Shown: positions 21,073-31,042, counted from the stretch's first letter. The stretch is DNA of 64,000 bases from Hyphomicrobiales bacterium (GCA_016744975.1 JADGDI010000004.1:8159-72158), one strand, 5' to 3'. Translations and numbers: made by a program. The notes: generated from the sequence alone by a model not told the origin.

Positions 21073-21942
21073 TTAGGCTTTTTCGGCTTTTACAAATGTA
21101 TCGCGGAAAATATTACGCTTATAAGTGCCAAATATTTTAATTTCGGTGGTGAAAAAGGCCAATTCTTCCAAAGCCAATTGCAAGCCTCTATCATCAGGAT
21201 GCCCCTCGACCTCGGCATAAAATTGTGTGGCGCTAAAGCCGCCTTCGACTTGATAGGATTCTAGCTTAGTCATATTGACACCATTGGTGGCGAAACCGCC
21301 CATTGCTTTATACAAAGCAGCGGGTACATTACGCACTCGAAACAAAAAACTGGTGATCATCGGCCCATCATCGGGTTTGAAGGCTGCTGCTTGACGCGAA
21401 AATACAATGAAGCGGGTTGTATTATGCGCGGCATCTTCTATGTTGCGGGCTAATATATCTAAACCGTAAATTTTTGCGGCAATTTCAGGTGCAATGGCGG
21501 CTTTGCTTGGGTCGGCCCATTCAGACACCATGCGCGCGCTGCCTGCTGTATCGGCAGCGATATGGGTTTTAAGATTGTGTTTCCGTATAAATGCTCGACA
21601 TTGTGGTAGGCCAACAATATGGCTATAAACATCGGTGATTTGAGCAATATTTGTGCCTTTAAGCGCCATTAAATGAAAGCGAATCGGTAGGAAATATTCG
21701 CCGATCATATGTAAATTGGACGATGGTAATAAATGATGAATATCTGCCACGCGGCCTGCCAAAGTATTCTCAATGGCGATCATTGCAAGCTCGGCTTTGC
21801 CACTTTCGACCATTTTAAACGCCAATTCGAAGCTATCGCATGGCATAACCTCCATTTCTGGATATTGTTGATTGCAAATAATGTGCGAATTTGCGCCAAG
21901 TTCGCCTTGAAATGCGATGATTCCTTTTTTTGAATTGGTCAT
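21073..21942 (-). CDS. pheA: Prephenate dehydratase (monofunctional, PDT + ACT domains)
   Basis: 289 aa. IAFQGELGANSH, IENTLAGRV, the TRF motif (NTTRFIVF), and a C-terminal ACT-like region with ESYQ/FYAEVEGH. Confidence 0.9.
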   Translation of the reverse strand: MTNSKKGIIAFQGELGANSHIICNQQYPEMEVMPCDSFELAFKMVESGKAELAMIAIENTLAGRVADIHHLLPSSNLHMIGEYFLPIRFHLMALKGTNIAQITDVYSHIVGLPQCRAFIRKHNLKTHIAADTAGSARMVSEWADPSKAAIAPEIAAKIYGLDILARNIEDAAHNTTRFIVFSRQAAAFKPDDGPMITSFLFRVRNVPAALYKAMGGFATNGVNMTKLESYQVEGGFSATQFYAEVEGHPDDRGLQLALEELAFFTTEIKIFGTYKRNIFRDTFVKAEKA

Positions 21943-22158
21943 AGCACTTCCTTAATCATTAATTTGCTAGCATATAAGCGGTAAATTTGACCATATTTTT
22001 CTAAAACTCAAGCAATATTAAATATATTTTTAGGCGTTTTATTGAAAATCCCCAAACTATCGTTAAATTATGGGAGTTTTGATTGCAATATAGTTTAAAA
22101 AATGTTTAATCTAGCTCAATAATTAATTCGAAAATCAGACTTTTTCGAAAAATCAGAC

Positions 22159-22719
22159 TTGAAGGCGATCCGAATGAATTCTACCCAATTAACAAAAATT
22201 GCAGCTGCAATTGTCATGTCTTTATTGGTTCTGATTGGAATTGGTAAGTTTTCCAGTTTTCTTTATAGCCCAACAGCGCCCAAAACCCCAGGTTTTGAAG
22301 TCGCAATTGTAGAGCAAGGCCATTCAAAGCAGGTAGCAGAAGTTGCGCCAATAGTTGATTTGGCTACACTTATGGCATCTGCAAGTGTTGAAAAAGGCCA
22401 GAAAGTTGCAAAGAAATGTGCAGCTTGCCATACATTTGATGAGGGTGGAAAAAATGGTGCAGGGCCGAATTTATTTGATATTTTAAACCGTACAATTGCA
22501 AGTGTAGATGGTGTGAGATATTCAAAAGCCATGATTGCACTTAAAGATGAAGGCGTGACATGGGGTTATGAAGCGCTATTTGAATTTATTAGAAAGCCTA
22601 AAACCTATATTAAAGGTACGGCCATGGGGTTTGGCGGCATTAAAAAAGATGGTCAACGCGCAGATTTGATCGCCTATTTGCGTTCGCTAAGTAAATCTCC
22701 TGCTGAATTACCAAAATAA
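22159..22719 (+). CDS. cycM: Membrane-anchored cytochrome c (CycM-like)
   Basis: N-terminal TM (IAAAIVMSLLVLIGI), heme-binding CAACH and a distal Met region. The start may be ATG 22174 rather than TTG 22159. Confidence 0.8.
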   Translation: MKAIRMNSTQLTKIAAAIVMSLLVLIGIGKFSSFLYSPTAPKTPGFEVAIVEQGHSKQVAEVAPIVDLATLMASASVEKGQKVAKKCAACHTFDEGGKNGAGPNLFDILNRTIASVDGVRYSKAMIALKDEGVTWGYEALFEFIRKPKTYIKGTAMGFGGIKKDGQRADLIAYLRSLSKSPAELPK

Positions 22720-22777
22720 GTGAATTCATATAGATCAATTAGATTGACTTGTTTACAGTAATGGCATGATTTAAATT

Positions 22778-22806
22778 GCATCAACATATTTGTTGGTGCT
22801 TTTTTG
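22778..22806 (+). terminator. Rho-independent terminator after the cytochrome c gene
   Basis: GCATCAACA-TATT-TGTTGGTGC (one G-U) followed by TTTTTTG. It overlaps the ORF-track TTG 22804 start of the next gene, which argues for ATG 22855. Confidence 0.65.
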
Positions 22807-22854
22807 TGTCAAAATAATCAACCGTCTCTACCCACGCAAGATCAAGGTGAAACC

Positions 22855-23814
22855 ATGTCAATTTTAATTGCAACACCCAACCCGCAGGATGAAAGCTGGT
22901 TTGAAGCTTTTAGACGTCGATCCAAACAGGTGAATATTCAACCCAGCGACATTGAGTTTTGGCCAAATGTAAAAAATGCTGACGATATTGAGTATTTAGT
23001 TACCTGGAAGCCACCTTATAAAATATGTGATAAATTGCCTAAACTTAAGGCAATTTTTAACTTGGGAGCGGGGGTTGATCATTTATTATTAGATGATAGC
23101 CTACCCAAAAATGTGCCAATTATACGGGTAGTGGATGATAATTTAACCCAAAGAATGGGTGAATATGTTTGCCTACACACGCTTTATCACCAGCGTAATA
23201 TGGTTGAGTTAAACAATTTGCAGACTAAACATCAATGGGTTGAGCAATATGACCCGATTGCATCAGCTGTTTCCGTTGGTGTGATGGGACTTGGACAAAT
23301 TGGTGCTTATTGTGCGGATCTATTGGTTAAAATTGGCTTTAAAACCCTTGGCTGGAGTAACAGCAAAAAAGATATTAATGGCGTAGAAGCTTATACTGGC
23401 GCGGCTGAATTAGATGAATTTTTAGCAAATACTGAAATTTTGGTCAATATATTGCCGCATACTCGCCAGACAGACAGATTGATAAATTACAGTCTTTTAA
23501 AAAAACTTAAAAAGGATGGTAGCCTTGGAGGCTCAAGTTATATTACTGCTGGCCGAGGTAAAACCCATGTCGAGCATGATATATTAAAGGCGCTAGAAGA
23601 TGGGTGTTTAAAGTCAGCATCAATGGATGTGTTTGAGCAAGAACCATTGGCAGAAGACAGCCCGCTTTGGTCGCTCAATAATTTGCTGATCACCCCACAT
23701 AATGCGGCATCTTCTGACCGCGAAACGGTGAGTTTGCAGATATTAAAACAAATTGCGAGCCATAAATTAGGCGGCAAGTTGAACAATATTGTTGATTTGC
23801 AAAGGGGATATTAG
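22855..23814 (+). CDS. ghrA: D-isomer-specific 2-hydroxyacid dehydrogenase (glyoxylate/hydroxypyruvate reductase A-like)
   Basis: Collinear with my memory of E. coli GhrA: YLVTWKPP, FNLGAGVD, NAD-binding GVMGLGQIG, ILPHT, ITPHNAA and the C-terminal ...RGY. AAGGTGA Shine-Dalgarno before ATG 22855. Confidence 0.7.
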   Translation: MSILIATPNPQDESWFEAFRRRSKQVNIQPSDIEFWPNVKNADDIEYLVTWKPPYKICDKLPKLKAIFNLGAGVDHLLLDDSLPKNVPIIRVVDDNLTQRMGEYVCLHTLYHQRNMVELNNLQTKHQWVEQYDPIASAVSVGVMGLGQIGAYCADLLVKIGFKTLGWSNSKKDINGVEAYTGAAELDEFLANTEILVNILPHTRQTDRLINYSLLKKLKKDGSLGGSSYITAGRGKTHVEHDILKALEDGCLKSASMDVFEQEPLAEDSPLWSLNNLLITPHNAASSDRETVSLQILKQIASHKLGGKLNNIVDLQRGY

Positions 23815-23839
23815 TTTATATTCTTGGTTATTATATCGC

Positions 23840-24178
23840 TCAACGATCGGCTTTTCGGCTAATAAGGTCGCCATAATTTTCAACATATAACGCACCTGCA
23901 ACGGTGCGCTGTACAAGCACATTGCGCCGATCATCAACATCGCGTTTGCGTGCCAATAAGTCTAGCTGCCCCATTGCATCTAATGCGCGGGTAATAACTG
24001 GTTTAGTGACATTTAGCTTTTGAGCAAGGCCTCGGACAGTGTGTGGGCCAGGTTCCAAATAGACGCTAAACAGGATAGCAAATTGACGCATAGATAAATC
24101 ATGAGCGCCTTTAGTAACTTGATCTAAAACCACTTGTTGCCAAAGGGTTAGGGCTGTTCTATTTTCAAGTTTCACCAT
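23840..24178 (-). CDS. MarR family transcriptional regulator
   Basis: 112 aa from ATG 24178. wHTH region LSMRQFAILFSVYLEPGPHTVRGLAQKLNVTKPVITRALDAM...RKRDVDDRRNVLV. Confidence 0.8.
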   Translation of the reverse strand: MVKLENRTALTLWQQVVLDQVTKGAHDLSMRQFAILFSVYLEPGPHTVRGLAQKLNVTKPVITRALDAMGQLDLLARKRDVDDRRNVLVQRTVAGALYVENYGDLISRKADR

Positions 24179-24258
24179 GTTCAGCACCTTATATAATATT
24201 CGTTTCGTAGCCGTATTATTGCACAATTTTACAGTTTAGCCAACTCATTTAATTTTAC

Positions 24259-24291
24259 AAAAAAACCAGCAGAACAGATGTTCAGCTGGTT
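24259..24291 (-). terminator. Rho-independent terminator downstream of the GntR gene
   Basis: Minus strand AACCAGCTGAAC-ATCT-GTTCTGCTGGTT (12-bp stem, one mismatch) followed by TTTTTTT. Confidence 0.7.
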
Positions 24292-24378
24292 AATGGATGT
24301 TTCAAAATAATAGAATTTATGAAATCTGCATTTATCATGATTAATTGCACATGATTAATTATTCATGATAAGTGGGTA

Positions 24379-25134
24379 TTAGCCTGTTGCAGACATTGGC
24401 ACTAATAAATTTGAATCAATCTGTAAATTTACCCGGTTGGTAACAAAATACCGTTTAAAACTGAGTACTATATTGTTGTTACCACTATATTCTGTTGTTT
24501 GAATATAATTTGTTTCTGCCACTAAAACAGGTATAATATGTTTTAAGCCCAGCATGTTTTTAAACTCTTGTTCTGGCAAACCTGCTGATATAGTTGTTGG
24601 CAATGGGCTGAATAAACTAGGGTTATTTCGCGCATTTTCCTCTAAAGATACTGGTGTTAACACATCGGTACCGTTAAAATATGATAAAATGTTTGATTGT
24701 ACATCACAACTATATAAGGCCAATGGCTCGTCGGCTTGTGAGACCATTGATTTAATTCGCCAAATCTTATCGGCTTCATTAAGGTATAAGATATTTTCAC
24801 TTTTTACATCGGGAATGATTAACTCACTTGATAAAAGCTTTTCATCTAATTTTGAAAAATCAAATATATCTGCCTCACTGGAGCGACTTTCATTAATGGT
24901 AATGCAAGCTGGTTTGTCTAAAACATAAGTCCCGCGCCCTTGCTCTACCGAAATCAAGCCAATATTCTGCAAATATAATAATGCTTGACGCGCAGTATTT
25001 CTATTCACATCAAATTGAATCGCAAGATTATTGAGTGATGGTAACCTTGTATTGGGTTTATAATTGCCTGATTTAATACTATCTTGTATCTGTGTTGCTA
25101 TATTCAGCCACACAGGTTGATTATTTTTTCGCAT
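24379..25134 (-). CDS. GntR family transcriptional regulator (HutC subfamily, UTRA effector domain)
   Basis: 251 aa. N-terminal wHTH LPSLNNLAIQFDVNRNTARQALLYLQNIGLISVEQGRGTYV. The ~170-aa C-terminal domain has UTRA size. Confidence 0.8.
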   Translation of the reverse strand: MRKNNQPVWLNIATQIQDSIKSGNYKPNTRLPSLNNLAIQFDVNRNTARQALLYLQNIGLISVEQGRGTYVLDKPACITINESRSSEADIFDFSKLDEKLLSSELIIPDVKSENILYLNEADKIWRIKSMVSQADEPLALYSCDVQSNILSYFNGTDVLTPVSLEENARNNPSLFSPLPTTISAGLPEQEFKNMLGLKHIIPVLVAETNYIQTTEYSGNNNIVLSFKRYFVTNRVNLQIDSNLLVPMSATG

Positions 25135-25438
25135 GTTGTCCTCTTTCTTCTCTTCGCATTTTTAGAATACATGACTCGAGGAGTTTTACAACTTTAGGGT
25201 GAGATACCCAGCGAAACTATTAAACCAATGGTTGTGTGCTGGGATCAAAATAATTGCAGAAAAATCACTAACACGCTGAAAAATAACACTAATTTATAAT
25301 TTTGACAAATTTCAAAATGTGTTAATAACTATGCCAGAATATTGCAAATAAAAGAATATTATTAACAAAAACTTGCGATAGAGATTAAATGATAGATATG
25401 TTTATTAGTGATTCGAATTTTAAAAATATAAATGTCAA

Positions 25439-26035
25439 TTAACACTCATTGCGGTCGGTTAACTTAACCCGATCAGAAAGCCGAGGGATTGCGATCATAT
25501 TATCACTATAAGTTGTGCTGCCACCTAGAAACTCGGAAAATTGTGAGTTGTAAATATAATCAACCTCTACCAAAATACTACTTTGGTTGGCTGGAAATAC
25601 CTTAGCATGTGCATTGGTATATTTATTACATTTAACAGGTACAAATGTTACATCACCACCAGAATCTTTTACATGTTGCCACCTTAATGTAGGCGCATCA
25701 GCAGCATCGCCCTGCATAATGCTTGAAATTCTGTAGCGGATGGTACTGGCATCAAGCGGTTGCATAAGGCTTTTGGCCAATGGATGTAATGCTTCTAATT
25801 CAACTGTTGAGGTTTCTGCGCTTTGCGCGACGATATCAGCCAAACTTGCGGTTAAATTACTAACCTTCCGCACGGCGCGAAAATGCCCATAATACTCCAC
25901 ACAACCTAATAGAAGGGCAATGAGTATTGGAAAAGTTAACATGAACTCGATGGCCGCAACGCCGCTTTCATCGGATTTAAATTTTTTGGCAAGGCGAACT
26001 AAGTTGGCAGTGTGTTTATGTTTAATAGGGGTCAT
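25439..26035 (-). CDS. TadE/TadG-like pseudopilin-type protein
   Basis: 198 aa. N-terminal TadE-type motif ESGVAAIEFMLTFPILIALLLGCVEY. The remainder is unrecognised. Confidence 0.6.
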   Translation of the reverse strand: MTPIKHKHTANLVRLAKKFKSDESGVAAIEFMLTFPILIALLLGCVEYYGHFRAVRKVSNLTASLADIVAQSAETSTVELEALHPLAKSLMQPLDASTIRYRISSIMQGDAADAPTLRWQHVKDSGGDVTFVPVKCNKYTNAHAKVFPANQSSILVEVDYIYNSQFSEFLGGSTTYSDNMIAIPRLSDRVKLTDRNEC

Positions 26036-26049
26036 AAGCTTATTGCCTG

Positions 26050-26577
26050 TTAAAATGGTTCATTTTTAAATGCTACGATATGCACAAATAGGAATTTGTT
26101 AGTGCCATAATTTGACAGACGCATGACTGCCCCAAATGGGTTTAATATGTCATAAACATATGTAGAGCGCACGGTGATTATACTTTTGGGCCCGCCTAGA
26201 TTAAATACTTTTTTATTGATCAGCTTATTGGTAGCGGGATCAATTAAACTATCTAAATTACTACCGGCACCAAAATCGTTAAACACTTCAGCTTCTACAT
26301 GGAGTTTTGCCAAACTCACCAATCCAAAGCCATTGCTAACAATTGCAGACTTAAAGGTATCTTCAGTAACAGCACCTTTATGGGCTGTGCCTGTTCGGAT
26401 ATCACGAGAGGCCTTAGATAATGCTTGCTCGAGAATTAGATCGGTTAAGAAAATAAACCCAACCTCGAATATACCAAAAATAATGGCAAGAAAAATAGGG
26501 ACAACCAATGCAAATTCTACGGCGCTGGCGCCATTTTCATTTTTGCAAAATCGTTTTAAAAGCTTTTGTTTTTTCAT
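26050..26577 (-). CDS. TadE-like protein
   Basis: 175 aa. N-terminal motif ENGASAVEFALVVPIFLAIIFGIFEVG, typical of the TadE family. 14-nt gap to the next TadE-like ORF. Confidence 0.7.
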   Translation of the reverse strand: MKKQKLLKRFCKNENGASAVEFALVVPIFLAIIFGIFEVGFIFLTDLILEQALSKASRDIRTGTAHKGAVTEDTFKSAIVSNGFGLVSLAKLHVEAEVFNDFGAGSNLDSLIDPATNKLINKKVFNLGGPKSIITVRSTYVYDILNPFGAVMRLSNYGTNKFLFVHIVAFKNEPF

Positions 26578-26701
26578 TTTTCAATCACATAAGATTGGTG
26601 GATAGCGGTATGTCGCTAATATTTTGACAATTATAATCAATGAATATTATAGATTTCTTAAAATTTATAGATTGATTGATCAAATACTGAATATTAACAA
26701 T

Positions 26702-27946
26702 TTAATTCATATCATTATTAATTTGCGAGACAGAATTTGAATTTTGGCCTTGATCTTGTGGCTCAGGCAATATTTCTGGTAAATCCAAGCTGCTAATGCG
26801 CTCACCTTTTTTGAAAATTTTATTGGTTGAGGTTTGAATGGCTTCAACATCTTTTGAAACCATGGCAAAATGTTTGGAAAGATTGGTGACCCGGGTATCC
26901 AATCTGTGCATATCATCCATCATTCGTGCCACTTCATTTTGTATTAAATGCGCTTGCTCGCGCATTTTTGCATCTTTTAATATTGACTGGATGGTGTGGA
27001 TCGCCAGCATTAGCATATTGGGCGAGGCGATAAACACCCGCTTGCGATGGCTTTCTTGAATCAAGTCATCAAAATTCTCGTGAATTTCAACAAATATATA
27101 TTCGCTTGGCACAAACATTATAGCTGTGTCTTGAGTTTCGCCAGCGATGAAATATTTATCATCTATATCGGAGATATGTTTTTTTACATTTACCCTGATT
27201 TGGGCCTTGGCCAGTTTAGCCTCCTGCTCATTGCGCGCCTCTTGCCAAGCACGAAAGCCTTCGAGTGGAAATTTTGCATCAACCACTATTTTTGCAGCTT
27301 GATTGGGCAGGTTTATAAGGCAATCTGGACGCTTGCCATTGCTTAATGTTGCTTGAAAATTATAAGCGCTTGGTGGGAGGCCATCGGCGATAATTGCCTC
27401 CATTTGACCTTGACCAAATGCACCACGCGCCTGTTTATTGCGCAAAATATCTTGTAAATTAACGACATGAGATGATAGGTCAGTAATGTTTTTTTGTGCA
27501 TTATCAATCAGTGATAACCGTGAGTTAATATGATTAAGGCTTTCAAATGTATTTTTTTGATTTTGATTAAGGCTTTGGCCAACTTTATGGCCAAGGTTAT
27601 CCATCCGTTCATTTAGCACCCGAGCCAAGCCAGATTGCTGATTGGCCTGCACATCACCCAAATTTTGAATTTTTCCGCTTAGCTCAGCATTGGTTTTGAG
27701 CAGATCTGCCAGCCTTTGTTCAAGCTGTTGGCTTTTATGCTTTTCTGCTTCGGTATGGGCAATTTCATGCTCGTACCGACTGCGTTCAAGCTCACCTTGC
27801 AACAAGCGGCTTTTGGCGCTGCTGCGCGCGATAAACCAAATGGCTGCTACAATCAGTAAGCTTATAAAAACAAAGCCCAATAATGCAAAAAATTCACCGC
27901 CAGTTAAACTGAGCGAACCGATAGTATATAGCTGATCTTGTAACAT
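26702..27946 (-). CDS. rmuC: DNA recombination protein RmuC
   Basis: 414 aa. N-terminal TM, long coiled-coil region and C-terminal RmuC nuclease-like core (RPDCLINLP...VVDAKFPLE...MFVPSE). Confidence 0.88.
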   Translation of the reverse strand: MLQDQLYTIGSLSLTGGEFFALLGFVFISLLIVAAIWFIARSSAKSRLLQGELERSRYEHEIAHTEAEKHKSQQLEQRLADLLKTNAELSGKIQNLGDVQANQQSGLARVLNERMDNLGHKVGQSLNQNQKNTFESLNHINSRLSLIDNAQKNITDLSSHVVNLQDILRNKQARGAFGQGQMEAIIADGLPPSAYNFQATLSNGKRPDCLINLPNQAAKIVVDAKFPLEGFRAWQEARNEQEAKLAKAQIRVNVKKHISDIDDKYFIAGETQDTAIMFVPSEYIFVEIHENFDDLIQESHRKRVFIASPNMLMLAIHTIQSILKDAKMREQAHLIQNEVARMMDDMHRLDTRVTNLSKHFAMVSKDVEAIQTSTNKIFKKGERISSLDLPEILPEPQDQGQNSNSVSQINNDMN

Positions 27947-28040
27947 GATGGCCTAACCAATTTCTATTTGCCTAGGCTTATCACATAAAAAAGAACAAAA
28001 ATAGTACATTTACCAAGAATTTGCTATTTTACTAAAATAT

Positions 28041-29345
28041 TTATGAAAAAGGTACAAATAAAGCAATGCTTGGGATTAGGATCAGCAAGGTTAGTCTTAT
28101 AATATCGACAATCCAAAATGGGGTGACGCCTTTGAAAATAGTTTTAGTACTAACATCTTTTAGCACACCGCGCAGCACAAATACATTTAGGCCAACGGGT
28201 GGGGTTATGAGTGAAATCTCGGTGACCACGACCACTAATATACCAAACCAAATTAGATTCATTTCGGGTGTCATGCCAAAATCAAGACCTTGGATTAGCT
28301 GGTAAAAAACCGGCACGGTTAGCAATAACATAGAGAGGCTTTCAAACACACAGCCAAGCACGATATAAACTGCCATGATGAGCAATAAGATGAGAAGTGG
28401 CGATAAGTTAAAGCTGGTAACAAAGGCTAATAGCCCTTCTGGCAAACCTGCTAGATTTACAAAGTTTGAAAATATGGTAGCGCCTATGACCAACGAAAAT
28501 AACATTGCCGTTGTGGTTATGGTTTCAATCAAAGCATTCATGATTTTAGCCCAAGTCATTTTACGTTTAACCAAACCGATCAACAACGCACCGCCTGAGC
28601 CAATGCCTGCCGCCTCTGTGGGGGTGAAAATACCGCCATAAATGCCGCCAATTACTAAGGTGAATAATGCCAATACGCCAAAAATACCTTGCAATGCTTT
28701 AAGCTTTTGTCGCCAGTTAAAACGTTCGCCAGCTGGCCCATATGACGGATTGCGCCAAACAGTCCATTTAACGGCAACCAAATATAGCAAGATACCCAAC
28801 ATGCCAGGTAAAATACCCGCTAAAAATAGCTTTCCGATGCTGACCTCGGTTAAAAGGCCATACATGACCAGGATAACACTGGGCGGGATTAAGATGCCCA
28901 ATGTACCGCCAGCAGCGATGGATGCGGTGGCCAAACTATCGGCATAGCCATATTTACGCATAGAAGGCATGGCAACTTTGCTCATGGTAGCAGCGGTGGC
29001 TAAAGAGGAACCGCAAATGGCACTAAAGCCGCCACAAGCCACAATGGTTGCCATAGCAAGACCGCCTTTGCGTTTGCCTAAAAAGGCATAAGATGCTGCA
29101 TAAAGCTCTTTTGACAGGCCAGATACATTAACAAACAGACCCATTAAAATGAACAAAGGGATAACCGTTAGGGCATAATCTTGACCTGTGTCGATAATCA
29201 TACCAGATGCCATTGAAAAAGCGGCTTTAAAGGACTTGAGATAGGCATAACCAAACACGCCGATAACACCCATTGCAAAAGCGATTGGAATACGTAAGAA
29301 AACTAGAATTATTAAAATAGCAAATGCGATAAGTGCCGTGATCAT
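28041..29345 (-). CDS. dctM: TRAP transporter large permease subunit (DctM family)
   Basis: 434 aa, ~12 TM. Operon order P-Q-M on the minus strand. Substrate unknown. Confidence 0.9.
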   Translation of the reverse strand: MITALIAFAILIILVFLRIPIAFAMGVIGVFGYAYLKSFKAAFSMASGMIIDTGQDYALTVIPLFILMGLFVNVSGLSKELYAASYAFLGKRKGGLAMATIVACGGFSAICGSSLATAATMSKVAMPSMRKYGYADSLATASIAAGGTLGILIPPSVILVMYGLLTEVSIGKLFLAGILPGMLGILLYLVAVKWTVWRNPSYGPAGERFNWRQKLKALQGIFGVLALFTLVIGGIYGGIFTPTEAAGIGSGGALLIGLVKRKMTWAKIMNALIETITTTAMLFSLVIGATIFSNFVNLAGLPEGLLAFVTSFNLSPLLILLLIMAVYIVLGCVFESLSMLLLTVPVFYQLIQGLDFGMTPEMNLIWFGILVVVVTEISLITPPVGLNVFVLRGVLKDVSTKTIFKGVTPFWIVDIIRLTLLILIPSIALFVPFS

Positions 29346-29399
29346 GTGCTAACCTTTACAATGCTGAGAATGGAGATGAAAATATCAACGGGTGGCAAA

Positions 29400-29939
29400 T
29401 TACATTTGTTCGTGAATGAGTTGTTCATCTTGGTGTGGGATTTGGTTGGTCAATAGTAAAACGCCTCTAATAATCAGGCATAATGCAGAAACTGCAACCC
29501 AAAATAAAAAGAAGTAATTGACATAATAAAGTGGGATTTCAAGATATTCGGTATATTCGCCATAATCCAATACCCGCAACGCCAAAACATGGATACGTGG
29601 TAATAAAAAGATAAGGCCAGCCCCAAATAGAATGTCGATAATACCGTCGCGCCATCTAGCTATTTTGGGTGAATAGAAACTGTCAAATAAATCGACACAG
29701 ATATGCTCGCCCCGTGCGCTAATCACCGGCAATGCGGTAAAGATAACCACCGCCATTCCAAGTCTTGTTAACTCGGTCGCGCCATCAATAGGTGCGTTGA
29801 AAAAATAACGCCCGATCACATCGCCAACCGTTAAAAACACCATTAATAAAGCGGTTATTGAGCCAACATAAAGCGGTACTTTGGCGAGCTTTTCAGCCGC
29901 CAAAGTAATTTTCCCATTATCTTGAATTAAATTACTCAT
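29400..29939 (-). CDS. dctQ: TRAP transporter small permease subunit (DctQ family)
   Basis: 179 aa, 4 TM, located between the DctP-like and DctM-like genes. Confidence 0.8.
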   Translation of the reverse strand: MSNLIQDNGKITLAAEKLAKVPLYVGSITALLMVFLTVGDVIGRYFFNAPIDGATELTRLGMAVVIFTALPVISARGEHICVDLFDSFYSPKIARWRDGIIDILFGAGLIFLLPRIHVLALRVLDYGEYTEYLEIPLYYVNYFFLFWVAVSALCLIIRGVLLLTNQIPHQDEQLIHEQM

Positions 29940-29947
29940 GATAACCT

Positions 29948-30955
29948 TTATTTATAAGCTGCGATTTGCGCTTTAATATAAGCATGGGCTTCTGCTGCTG
30001 GGACGCCTTTGGCTTCTAATTCAGCATAAACTGTTTTAGTAACACTAGCAAATACAGCATCTAAGTCGGCCTCGTCAGCATCTGAAAGGCTTAAAATTGG
30101 CTTGCCTGTTTCTTTGGTTAGAGCAACGCCTTGGCCATCACCTTCTTGCCAAGCTTTACCAGCCATTGCAGAAACTTGCTCACCAAAGATTTTATCAAGA
30201 CCAGCTTTTTCAGCATCGCTCATGGAGTCATATTTTTCTTGGCTCATAATGATTGAAAAGGCACCACGATAAAAACCACCTGGTGTTTGCAACATTTGTG
30301 CAGTCACTTCATTAACCTTCAGGAATTTACGCTCGCCTGCTGGCATCATAACGCCATCGGCCACACCAGAGGCTAGGATTTCATAAACCTTTGGCCCAGG
30401 TGCTTTAACGCCAACAATGCCCAATTCTTTTGCCACAGCGCCCATTACACCGCCGCCAACGCGGATTTTCTTGCCCGATAGAGACGCAAGATCTGAAATT
30501 TTATCACTCACATGCAATTGACCTGCACCATGTACCATAAGGCCAATAACTTTAACGCCTTTATGTTCATTTAATTTTGCAAGATATTTTTGATGTGCAT
30601 TCCAATAGGCAACTGAAATAGCCTCAGCACCGCCCTCATAACCTGGCAATTCAATGATTTTTGTACCGACAAAACGCCCTGGGTTATAGCCGTTAAACAT
30701 ATAAGCAATATCAACCACGCCATCTTGCACAAAGTCGATCATCCGCACAGGAGAGCCAACACCAGTTTTTATGACACCAGTAACACTACCATTTGTTGCG
30801 TCGCTCATCATTTTCGCCAAATTTGGCATAGCGACCGCAGTCATTGGGTGGCTAGGTGGCAACCATGTTGCAATGGTAAGCTCAACGGCTTGAGTGGTGA
30901 CAATAGATGCACTTAATGCTGCAACAGCAACAAAGCTTTTAAGTAAATGTTTCAT
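29948..30955 (-). CDS. dctP: TRAP transporter periplasmic solute-binding protein (DctP family)
   Basis: From ATG 30955 the protein begins with a signal peptide, MKHLLKSFVAVAALSASIVTTQA. ~335 aa. First gene of the P-Q-M operon. The ORF-track start 31015 adds 20 unlikely residues. Confidence 0.8.
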   Translation of the reverse strand: MKHLLKSFVAVAALSASIVTTQAVELTIATWLPPSHPMTAVAMPNLAKMMSDATNGSVTGVIKTGVGSPVRMIDFVQDGVVDIAYMFNGYNPGRFVGTKIIELPGYEGGAEAISVAYWNAHQKYLAKLNEHKGVKVIGLMVHGAGQLHVSDKISDLASLSGKKIRVGGGVMGAVAKELGIVGVKAPGPKVYEILASGVADGVMMPAGERKFLKVNEVTAQMLQTPGGFYRGAFSIIMSQEKYDSMSDAEKAGLDKIFGEQVSAMAGKAWQEGDGQGVALTKETGKPILSLSDADEADLDAVFASVTKTVYAELEAKGVPAAEAHAYIKAQIAAYK

Positions 30956-31010
30956 TATTTCCCTCTTTTTATAATAGCAGTTACACTGCCAATTGTTAGT
31001 TTTAAACCCA

Positions 31011-31042
31011 ACCAATTACGTGCAATTGGTTACATATGTAAC
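31011..31042. promoter_or_regulatory. Composite palindromes upstream of the TRAP operon (operator candidate)
   Basis: ACCAATT-acgtgc-AATTGGT (31011-31030) overlaps the perfect 14-bp palindrome GTTACATATGTAAC (31029-31042), ~80 bp upstream of the dctP start. Confidence 0.35.

Noticed and set aside
22804-22854. TTG 22804 start of the ghrA-like gene
   Set aside because: It lies inside the U-tract of the terminator of the upstream cytochrome c gene. ATG 22855 has an AAGGTGA Shine-Dalgarno and matches the GhrA N-terminus.
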